64,000 bases of DNA, taken from positions 2,542,001 through 2,606,000 of the forward strand of contig JBHGNT010000007.1 of NCBI GenBank assembly GCA_043228905.1. The letters are read 5' to 3'. Of this stretch, positions 1 to 11,600 are shown piece after piece (the stretch's first letter is position 1; every line of letters starts with the position of its first letter). Made by a program: the position numbers and the translations under genes. The notes below the pieces were generated by a model that was not told the origin of the DNA, ran no database searches, and was given only the letters and a program-made list of their open reading frames with translations. Source of the DNA: Azolla caroliniana (Eukaryota; Plantae; Polypodiophyta).

Positions 1-969
1 CTGCCCATAATGCATAGATCTAGGCAAACTTGAGTTCACAAATCAAGGGTCATGAACCCAAACTCAGGGCTTGGAGAAAGCAAGGAATATTGAACATCAA
101 TGTACAAAAAACTATGTGTGGTTATTGTATATACACATCAAATTGGTCATGATGAGAGTACAATGGAATCAGTTGGTATATCCAACACAACTTTTGTATT
201 TCTTATAAGTTATGATTTTATAAAACCAAGGTGTATCTTTTTGTCAAAAAAGAAAAAGAAAAAAGGATCGGGTTACCTAAACTATAAAAAAACTCAAGAC
301 GTGAGAGAAAATATGATGAGTCGCTTCTTGAGTTCTTCAAAGATCATTCCAGAAATGTTAAAAAGAACCATTATCAATTAAGGCTAAATTTTGGCTTGTG
401 GTCACTAAAATGACTCAACCTAAATTATGCAAAAGAAAAATTTTCGTACAAAGTATGAAGATAACTAACGTATAAGAAAGGTCCCTAGAATTCAATCTAG
501 ATCTTGGCAAACCTTCATTCATGTAAATACCATAAAAGACTATAGGGTAAGATAATGAATGTATAGAAGGATCCATTGCAAAAAAGCATATTATATAGAC
601 GGTATCAAGAAATATTATAATATATTTGGGGGATCGAGAAACTTAGCATATTACATAGTATATTGGAGGATTGGAAAACTCCGTATCACATTGCATAACA
701 TGGTATGTATAGTAGGGAAACTAGATCTTTGTTTATAATATGCCAATATCACTAACATGTTATAATAGGGTATGCCAAAAAATACATGTATTATGTAGTA
801 CTACAACATGGGAACCTCAACCTAGCATATATTAAGGTATTGTATGGCTCAGTACATTATGTGGTAATATAAGGTGTCTCACAACTCGACATATTCCATG
901 GTATATGATAGGGAACTCACACAATTCAATACAATATTTCATTCTTAAATTTGATAAAACAAGCATGTA

Positions 970-1051
970 GTCGCTTTGGCCGAGTGGTTAAGGCGTGTGC
1001 CTGCTAAGTACATGGGGTTTCCCCGCGAGAGTTCGAATCTCTCAGGCGACG
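970..1051 (+). tRNA. tRNA-Ser(GCT): cytosolic tRNA-Ser, anticodon GCT
   Basis: GTCGCTT/AGGCGAC acceptor stem, TGGCCGAGTGG A-box, GCT anticodon loop, long variable arm GGGGTTTCCCC, GTTCGAATC T-loop, T6 Pol III terminator at 1063-1068. Confidence 0.97.
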
Positions 1052-1795
1052 CGACTGGTAAATTTTTTGTATTTATTTGTTTTGTCACAATATTCACTCT
1101 TTATCTCTACAACACTCTTTCACATATTCTTCTTTAAGGAAATTTTATGCTCGAAAAGTATCGAGTTTGAATTCCTATATATGGATAACAAAATCATCTC
1201 AAATTCCATCCATCCATCCAATAGATGGAGAAGTTGTCCTTGGCCATGGCCACTATCAATGTTGTATCCATTTAGCGTATGTTTCATCATTCAATAGACA
1301 TGGTACAATGATCTAGCCATCCATCTTAAATCAACATGTTTGAAGGATGTTGCAACAAAAAGGGCTCAACTACTAAATTCTAGTGTGTTGTATCCAATAT
1401 CTATAATCCATCCTTTGCAAGCTTGCATGAACCATCCATCTAGTGACAAGATTACCTTTGATCGTCTAATGTCTTTCTCTGTGACTTGAAGTGTCCTTAT
1501 GAGTGTGAGTATTAAGTTCATTTAACTTAAACTATTTCCTTCATGTTATGAAAAAAATAAAGTGCAAATGTCTAAATAAAAATTTCCTATTCGTGTGAAG
1601 GATTGGTCTTACTTCATGATAATGTTTTATGAAAAACTGCCTAAATGCTCAGCCAATAGAATCGATTCAAGAGCCACTTATGAGCCTATCAACACAAATG
1701 AAGCCTTGTTAAGAGATTTTGATACTCAAAAGCATATACACATGTTGGGATATAATTTATAAATATGAAAGTAAATAAAACCTTGCCGAATTTAG

Positions 1796-1904
1796 CTCAT
1801 AGCTTGAGAGAATAGGATAATTTGACCAAAGACATACATGGATAGGATAATTCAACTCATAGCTTCAGAGAATAGGATAATTTGACCAAAGACATACATG
1901 AATA
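1796..1904. repeat. 60-bp-period tandem duplication
   Basis: ctcatagctt(g/c)agagaataggataatttgaccaaagacatacatg repeated at +60. Confidence 0.85.
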
Positions 1905-2517
1905 ACCTTTTGAGAACATGCAATATTGTGTGAATATGATAATCTGTAACACTCTTCAGACTAATAAACCCACGACTAGATAACACACTACTCATCCATA
2001 TGTTGCATTAAAAAGGGCAGACTGAAAGTGAAAAGACAAAGACACTGATGGCATATGTTATAAGACTTCAATCAAATTCACCTCGTACTCAATTATGAAC
2101 TATATCTATCAACAAAAATATTAATAGCCTTGTCACATCATCAACATAATGTTACAATATTTTATGTAATGTAGTCATGGGCAAAGCATCTTTAAGTATG
2201 TAGAAGGTAAAAAGCAAGACACAAAAGCAACAATGATGGCTATGTCAAGAATGGAGGAAAATTGTTTTTGAAAATGAGGGAAGTCCAATTGTTAGTAACT
2301 TCAAAGTTTTCTATGGTTCTCTACTTTGCAATTAATGGGCTTGTGAGTAGAAGAATTATAGAAATACAAATACTTAATCGTATATGGTACCAAAGCCAGT
2401 GAAAATGAACTAGCATAAAAAAGATGATGTAAAAGTGAACTGTTTTGCAACTTTTTAAAGAGATTTTACATCACCAAAGGAGCTCTTTCCATACAAACTA
2501 CAAAACTTCTTGAGGCT

Positions 2518-2621
2518 TTACCTCCAATCTTGTAACATTGCCTTTATGTTCTTTCTACATCCTTCGTCATAAGGGTTCACAAAGTTCTTGATGTGGTCAG
2601 ATGACCCTGGATGAGAAACAC
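2518..2621 (-). CDS. PAT probable last coding exon (GVSHPG...[21 protein letters not shown])
   Basis: TTTTTCAG acceptor, NPYDxG motif, in-frame TAA (overlaps a possible GTAAAG donor). Confidence 0.85.
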
Positions 2622-5600
2622 CTGAAAAACTCAGTACACCCATACATAATGTACATACATAGATAGATGGCATACATACAATTTGTGTGTGTGTGTGTAC
2701 ATATATATATATATATGTACATATCATGTTCACATGGCAAGGTGATCTTAACTTATATACAACAAATAACTGTTGTCTGCCGGAATAGTAACCGACGGAC
2801 AAGAGCGCAGGAATACGGAATAGTATAATATTGTAACGCATGTAACGGTTCACGCGGGAAGCGTGAATGGCTAAAAGACCCTGCGTATATAAAGGGCAGA
2901 AAACTTCTGATAGAGGTAGCATGTAATTTTGAATGTAAGAGGCGTATTGTAATAGAGTTCTATCTTCTTTGATATTTGTGTGTAGCTACGGCTAATCTAT
3001 TGTGTGTCTGTAACACCTGAGAGCGTAGGAGTAAGTAACGGTGTGTGCGCTAGCCCACTGTCAAAGGAGCTCGGTTGTAGCCGTCTCCCTTATACTCTGC
3101 TAGGTTACAGGGAATATCCCACTAAGTATTACGCATGCTCCGCTACCATTCGTTGTCACACAATCACTTAGAAGTCTAGGTCAAAGGACTGACCGTAGAC
3201 CGTTTTCCTAGTCGGTAACACTTTTGGCATGCTTGGTGATCTGTGTCTTTTCATAGACGAACAACGACGAATGGATGTTTAGCCGCAGACGCCGCAGAGA
3301 ACCAACACGACTAGACCGGCCAATCATAATGTCCATCACACGTCAGGCAGAGGAACGCGCACGGCAGAAGCCTCGCCTCAGCGACCTCAGCAATACCTGT
3401 CGGGACCACAAAGGTGATTTTCCGCTCTCCAAATACCTCGACGATACGTGGGAAGCACGCTCACCACAACCGCACTGTGGTCTTTCCCTGCCCGCCGTAG
3501 CCCCCAGCATGGCCTTTGCCTATCCCCGCTTTAACGGCGAAACCGACGCTGGAACCCACATTCGCCTGTTCGTCAATGTCTGGAATGCAAACCACATGGC
3601 GCAGAGCCTTTTTGAGGCGGTAGTGAACCAGTCCCAAATGATGGAGTTCGGGTTAACATTGGATGGGTGAGCGGCGTTTTGGCATTCACAATAGGATCTG
3701 CCCGCAATCACGACCTTTGACCAGCTGCAGTCCATCTTTTTGCGGTTCTTCCATCGGAGGGTTCCACAACGCGAAATCCTCGGACAGCGTCGCTACCGCA
3801 TGAACCCGAACTACACGACCCGCGTAAAAGAAGAAATTGACAAACTCCTAAAGGCGGGATTCATACGGCCAGTTAAACAAGCCACATGGTAGTCGTTCCA
3901 AAGAAAAACGGCAAAATTCGAGTATGCGTGGATTACCGAAAATTAAACGTTGTAACCATTACGGACGCATTCCCTTTACCATTCACCGATAGCGTACTGG
4001 AGGCCGTCGCAGGGCATGACATGTACAGTTTTTTAGATGGCTTCAGTGGATACAACTAGGTACGTATGCATCCCGATGACCAAGAGAAGACGACATTTGT
4101 CACGGACTGGGGAGTCTATGTGGCAGTCGTCATGATGTTCGGGCTAAAGACGGCGCCAGCGACATCTCAACGAACAATCACGGAGATCTTTGGGGAATAT
4201 ATTCCGGCATTCATGCAAGTTTTTTTAGACGATTTTGCGGTATATGGGAAAAAAACCAACCATTTCACGCATCTGCAACTGTGCCTGGAACGTTGCCACA
4301 CCGCACGCTTAAGCCTGAATCCCGTGAAATGTGCCTTCGGCGTGACTAGCGGGACTCTCCTAGGCCATATAGTCAGCAAGGAAGGAATAGCGGTCGATCC
4401 AAACTAGATCTTCGCGATCACTCAAGCCAAAACTCCGACAAACGCGAAATCACTTAGCCGGTTTTTAGAACAAATACGATGGCATAGTCGGATGATACGA
4501 TACTTGGCGGACTTCACCACGCCGTTACATGCCGTCGTGCATCAGACTCCCTTCCAATGGACTGCAACGGAGGACAAGGCCTATGAGGCGCTCAAGATAA
4601 TGCTCACGCAAGCACCCGTCGTATAACCACCAGTTTGGGCGAAGCCATTCCACGTGTTCGTGCGCTAGGAAGTGCGCTCATTCAGCTCACCGAACCGAAT
4701 TGGTACCGACCAGTGTACTATGCTAGTTGCAAACTATCAACAAGGGAGTGTAACTATTCCACAACGGAGCATGAGGCGTTAGGGATGATCTATAGCATCA
4801 ATAAATTCCGACATTATCTGTTAGGGAGGAAATTCACGTTCCACGTGGATCATTCGGCACTGCTATATTTGGTGGAGAAACAAACATTGACGGGGAAATT
4901 GGCGTGATGGATGCTGTTGCCTCAAGAATTCGATTTTGTAATTCAGCACCGCCCAAGTACGCAACACGTAGTGGCAGATTTTTTGAGCAGACTTGATAAT
5001 GGAGAAACGGTGCAGAAGGACGACGACGACTTTCCGGACGCAGATATTCAGCGGGTAGTAGCACTAGCAGAAAGAATGGAAACGACCTTTCCGGACCGGT
5101 GGCTTATGGAAATGAGAAGAAATGATACTTGTTGACTACGGGGCTGCCTCCACCACAATTATGCACGGATGAGAAGAAATGATTAGCCGTCCGGAGCCGT
5201 AACTTCTGCTTGGTAGAAGGAATCTTATATCACAAAGGTAGTGATGGCATTTGGCGACGCAGTGTACGTAAGGATGAGAAAGAAGCCGTCTTACGGGAGG
5301 CTCATTGCAGCATGGTAGGCGGCCACTACGCGGGTGATGTTACGGCTTGGAAAATATGGCAACCAGGCCTATGGTGGCCAACTACACAAAAGGACGCATA
5401 CGAGTATTGCAAAAAGTGCGATTTGTGTGAACGGATGGGCCAGCCCACGAAGGGCACAAGAATGCAACACCAGCCCGTATTACCGTTAGATCCCTTCCAA
5501 AAGTGGGGATTGGATTTTGTGGGTCCCTTCACACCAGCGACGGTCCGTACGGGCAATAAATACATATTGGTAGCCAAGTGGGTAGAAGCAAAGGCACTAC

Positions 5601-8600
5601 GAGAGAATATGGCGGCCGTCATAGCGAGATTCCTTTACGAACACATTTGGTGTCGGTTCGGTTGTCCGATTGGGCTTATCAGTGATCAGGGGAGCCACTT
5701 TCTCAATACGGTTGTTTGTGAACTAACACATCATTGCGCCGTAGTCCACAAGAAAAGTACACCATATTATCCACAGGCGAATGGCTTGGCGGAATCCATT
5801 AACAAGACGTTGAAGACCATATTAAAGAAAATCGTCAATGAAAATAGAACGGACTGGGATACCAAATTACATAGTGCATTATGGGCGTACAAAATCAGCT
5901 ACAAAACAAGCATACAGTCAACACCGTTTCGACTAGCGTTTGGGTTGGAGGCCATTATGCCGGTAGAGTTTCAAATACCTAGTTTACGGATTCAGGTATG
6001 GGACCGACTAATGCCAACGAATGCATCGCGGAGTTGGAAAATAACGCGACTACGGCGCAACAGGTAGCTCCACCACCAAACCACGCCATCGAAGCCTTGA
6101 AGGAAGAGATTGAGGCTCAGACCGCCATTGCCTCAAAAGCGAAAAGGGTCGTACAACTAGCGGAATCAGAAATTGACCGCCTCCGCGCTGAACTTCGCCA
6201 GTCCTCAGACAGGAAATTAGAAGAACTACATGCGAAGGAATCCCAGCTGTGGGCGGGTATGAAGAGCACGTATGAAGAAATGGCAGTAGTTAGTCAACAA
6301 GAAATTGCAAACCTCAAGAAGGCTGTGGAAGAAGCACGCAACCGTTGCCACGCTATCACAGACAACGTGCGTATCCTTTTATAAACGAACCGGGAGAGGT
6401 TTACAACACAATTGAAAACGGCGCTAGACAAAGGATGGATAGCGTGGGCGGCCCAAGCAGCGAAATTGCACGCGTATCGAGCGGACTGGGAGAACCGGAG
6501 AAAAGACGGCCGAGGCTTCTATAAACTCAATGAGGAAAGCATTGCGGCAGTACGCGAGGACCAACATTTAGAAGAACTCGCGCAACTATTAGATGATTTT
6601 GGTGAAAGTCAAGCGGATCTGTTTCACCAAATCATGCAAGCCGGCAGCACACGAACAAACGAGGAATCCATCGCGACACCAATTCCGGATACTGCCGAAG
6701 AAGAGGAACCTCAGGACAGGTCACCAGAAATTACAACTACGGTGAACAACGCGGAACGGCGAACGGAGTCCCCCATAATACCAGACAACGAAACCACTGC
6801 CCAAGAGGAACCCCATCTACCAGAGCATACGTTATCGGTCGACCACAGGGAGAACGTTGCGGACTAAGAGGAACCGCAACCCCACTCCCCAGAGCGTAGA
6901 ACGACGGCCGACATCACGGAGGAAGTGACGGACGAAACAGAGCCGCGACCGACCACAAGCCCACCGACGGCTGAGCCCAACCCCCTAGCCCAAGAAGAGC
7001 CCGTAGAACCCGGACCGCCCACACAGGACGATCGCGACACCATGAGAAGCCCTCCCGACCAAGCAGGGGAACCACACCACGATGCACATACAGGCTCTAC
7101 GCCGTCCCCGGACACGAACACCGTAGCAGAGCCAAACATCAGGGCCATTCTGGAAGAAGACTAAAGGGATGGGTCCGACGTGCCATGGCACTGTCCCACA
7201 GGCGTGCCAGGTGTTCACCGGAATAGTAACCGACGGACAAGAGCGCAAGAATACGGAATAGTATAATATTGTAACGCATGTAACGGTTCACGCGGGAAGC
7301 GTGAACGGCTAAAAGACCCTGCGTATATAAAAGGCAAAAAACCTTTGATAAAAGTAGCATGTAATTTTGAATGTAAGAGGCGTATTGTAATAGACTTCTA
7401 TCTTCTCTGATATCTGTGTGTAGCTATGGCTAATCTACTGTGTGTTTGTAATACCTGAGAGCGTAGGAGTAAGTAACGGTGTGTGCGCTAGCCCACTATC
7501 AAAGGAGCTCGGTTGTAGCCGTCTCCCTTATACGCTGCTAGATTACAAGGAATATCCCACTAAGTATTACGCGTGCTCCGCTACCATTCGTTGTCACACA
7601 ATCACTTGGAAGTCTAGGTCGAAGGACTGATCGTAGACCGTGTTCCTAGTCGATAACAATAACAAAAATATAGTCGAGCTAGTATGTATATGTAATGTAG
7701 CCGGCATTTTATATATAGCATTTTAGACTGAAATGAGATTTTCTACTGGGGACCAAAAGCAATGTTTCTGCAATCTCTCTCGTTCCCACTAGCCTACAAC
7801 GCAAATTATTTCACTATTTTTGGCATTTGTTTCTAGATAACGTTGAGTAGATTACATTAAAAGTTGCAACTCAAAAAACTCACCAGAGTCTTCGTAGAAT
7901 GTGGGAAGTTTTTCCCAATTCATCTGAATGGTAAAAGTTATAAAAGCATCAATGACACCATTGCAAACACTTCCCTCACTAAATAAAAAATCTCTCAGAA
8001 ACAAGAGCATTACCCATTCATGAGTTGTCAAATTTACAGTAACAAGGTATATGTGAAAAATTAAGAAGGGTACCTGGCCAGCATTATATCAATTGTTCTC
8101 ACAAAAATGTCTGAATGCATAATTTAACCAAAATATTTTCAAATAGAATACGCACCTGCCATACAATTTGAAATGCTACAAATATGCTAGTAGTGAATAC
8201 CCATGCTTCTCTAGAGAATACCTGAGAATTTTATGAGGATCGAAACAAGGATTGAACTACATAAATAGGAATAACAGCACGCAGATAAAATACTTAACAA
8301 AAAGCAAATAAACTGCATTCAAACAAAACCTTTAAAGTAGAATGACAAAATATATCAAATAAATTTCTTAGACAACATGCGGAGTCAAAATACAATCATA
8401 AATACATGATAGAACAATGTCAAGTATTATAATGCACTTATGACATCTCACTGGATATTCACGAAGTTGCCTAATGGTATACAAATTCTTCATCATCTAG
8501 TTGAGGTCCGTTTCAATTTGTATATATGTGTCTTAATGTTAAGACAACTGCATCTTTTGGATAAGGATGATGATAACCAGTACTTCACTTGAACTTTGTC

Positions 8601-11600
8601 CAGTGTCATCATGCTTCCTAGTGAATTTCTAGGTTCTCTTCTCTCTAATGTATGTATCATCTGCAAATGATTACCTGAGAAGCATTTACTGTGCCAACAA
8701 TCATGAGCTTAAGAGATTGATCGACAACAGTCTTGATTCCCAAACTTCGCTCAATGTTTGATGTGCTAGGGATAATCTCCTCGATCCTCCTAAGCTTCTC
8801 ATTCTACACATTGCAATGAGTTACCCATATTATAACAACCTATTCTTTCAAATGTTCTACTACCCTTGGGTTAGAATATGATTGCTACATGGTCATTTGT
8901 TCAAGTGGTGCCTCCCATTTTTCTCCGATTAATGATATACTTGATCATCATAGACTACCTAGCAAATCTGTCAAGAAAGCCCTAATCTGTCAATAAATAA
9001 AAGTAGATCAAATTTGAATCCTTTGTTTAGAATGTTGGTTATCGCTCATTTAAATATTATCATGTTCATTATAGTAAATTCATTGCATTTCATCGTTCAC
9101 TGACATTTTTGGAAATGGCTTGCAACCCCAAAAGGTACCATTATACCACTATCAAGAAACTAATATCTAGACCAACTGACAATAGAGAGCAGAGCAGAAT
9201 ACAAATAAGGTATAGAAATGTACCTGCAAGACAGTGTAAAAAGGATCATCAAGAAATGTTCTGATATCTGTCATTATTGCATCGACAAATATCCAAAAGC
9301 TTATAGAGTGACATGGTAATAGCATTCAGCTAACAAGAAGTAATAAAAGAAAACTACCTTGACTGCTGATTAGCTTTGTTGACTGCCAAGACACATCCAT
9401 CAAATCTATATACACAGAAAACTTTATTTTTACATGGAATATGACAAACTTGTAAGTTGTGACATCACGAGTAAGGTACAAACTTACATATAGAGCTGCA
9501 TAAAACATATACAATCTCAGTTAAACAGGAGATGCCCAACAATAGAAGGAAAAGTCGATGATTTCCTATTCCTGCGATGAAAGAAAATGTGCAGTTAACC
9601 TTAATGGTTTGCATACATCTGGAATGGTTATGGATTCTAAGTTCCAAAGTTATCAGTGAATGAATAAAGACAAGGAAAATTCCAGTACTATTTCACCAAA
9701 TAGGTGTCATTTAATTTTAAAATTACACATAACCTATGATGTATATTGGAATAGAAACGCATTTATACAAACTACCACGAAACATGCCACCATGTCAAGA
9801 ACTAAATTCCTGTTATAAGCGATATTATGATACATGCACAATCAGATAGCATGGCAGAAGGTTATGATTAAGCAATGATCAAGGGTATCCAAATCAAACT
9901 AGAAGTTATTCATCAGGAAAGTCAGGAACACATAAGAAATGATAATCAGTCAAATATGCATTGGTTGTGGTGAAAGGAATGCTATTAATATCCACTGACA
10001 TGCATGATGAATCAACTTGACGTGATGTCTACTACAGTGATACTAGTAGTAGCCACATTACTAAATTCACAACATACTCTAGGCATCCTCAAGGGAAACT
10101 GTACTACCAAGGATTTTACCAATACAATTTTGAACAGCAGCACAATGATGGTCATAACGTTGAATAAATGCAGAGCAATGATGACAGTGCTTCCCTCTCC
10201 AATCAGATTCTGCGAAAAAGCACATGAGCCATAAAGCAAACACTCTTGTCAGCATCAACTTAATTCAAAGCCAATAAAAGAATGTCAAAAGAAAACCTTT
10301 ATAATATCAGCTTGTAAATACCTTCCACATCTCCAGAAGCAGAATTCACATATCCTGGATTACTGGTAATAACCCTGCACGAATTAACGATTCATGCTAA
10401 CTAATTGCAATTCATCGGTTTCTTATTTGATATCTAAACCAATTCATTCAGTTTATAAAATTCAGATGCTTTTATTGTATTCCTAATGTTTTCCACCTGT
10501 TTCCACCATTATGATTGGACAATTACTGCCCAACATCTCTTAAAACATTGTGATTATAGAAATTGGCAACAGTTCAGTTTAGGCAACAATTCAGTTTAGT
10601 TTGTCTTGGGGGTTCAAGGGTTCACTTAACAGTTTGTGGTTTATCCGGCATCAACAACAGTTGACACAGCTGTAAATTTTCAAATCATGTATTGAATATC
10701 TAACATCTGTAATATGTAATATGAAGTTTTAACTTTAAACCCTATAAATTCTTATCTCAATTATGAGCATGGTTGCTATTTGAATATAGAGCTTCAAAAA
10801 ATTATTGTACTGTTGCAATTGATTAATATTTGCTATCTATTGCACTACGATGGTTATGCTCGTCAATGATCTTTGAGTGCCTAAACACAATCCTAGCCTG
10901 TATCGGCTGTACCCAATGCGTAAGAGCATGTCCCACAAATGTACTGGAGTTGATACCCTTGAATGGGTTTAAAGCATTCAACCAAGTTCCAGGTGCAAGC
11001 TTCTCAATTAGTTATGTATGAAACATAAGAAGAATATTACAAATAGCGATAATCTCTATTTGAATGTCTTCACTTTCACCCAAATTGTTTACCTCATTAA
11101 ATAGAATTCAAAATAGGCTTCCTAGTTCAATTAAATTATATGCAAAAGCTTCTCAATTAACTGAGCAATATCACGAAGAAAATGCTAGGAAACTTGAGTA
11201 GTATAATATACTCTCTTTATGTACATTTCAAAGAAAATAGGTAGCCATTACTTGTGCCAAGAGCATGAGAAATAAATCGTAGATAACCATAATCTTTACT
11301 TAGAAGTTTTCACTTTCACGCTAATTGTTTACCTCATTAAATAGTATCCAAAACCACAACATGAGGTGAGAAATACAATGCTCAATTTCACTTTCATAAC
11401 TGCAAATGAATGATGATATAAGTATAGAAACATAACCCAATCAACTTTACTCAAATATTTAGTGCATCAAAACAATAGTGAGAGAACTGGTTGATTAGTT
11501 ACGTTAGCACTACATTAGAACTTTTCTCTGTTAGCATTATCCATGTTAATATCTTTTTTTAATTCCAGCTTTAAAATGGACCTAGCTACGTTTTCCTTAT

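Larger units (their letters stand above)
2771..7658 (+). mobile_element. non-chromovirus Ty3/gypsy LTR retrotransposon, internally deleted, in the last PAT intron
   Basis: LTRs 2771-3220 and ~7212-7658 (TGTT..AACA), TSD ATAAC both sides, decayed PBS 3225-3238, gag fragment, RT (FLDDF), RNase H and integrase ORF pieces. Confidence 0.93.

Noticed and set aside
100-381. 93-aa ORF
   Set aside because: Low-complexity AT-rich sequence with an A-run lysine tract and no supporting motif or splice context.
995-1316. ORFs overlapping the tRNA gene
   Set aside because: Chance frames with no motifs; the region is explained by tRNA-Ser and AT-rich flank.
2518-2922. 134-aa ORF as a stand-alone gene
   Set aside because: Only 2518-2621 is a PAT exon; the rest runs through intron microsatellite and antisense LTR.
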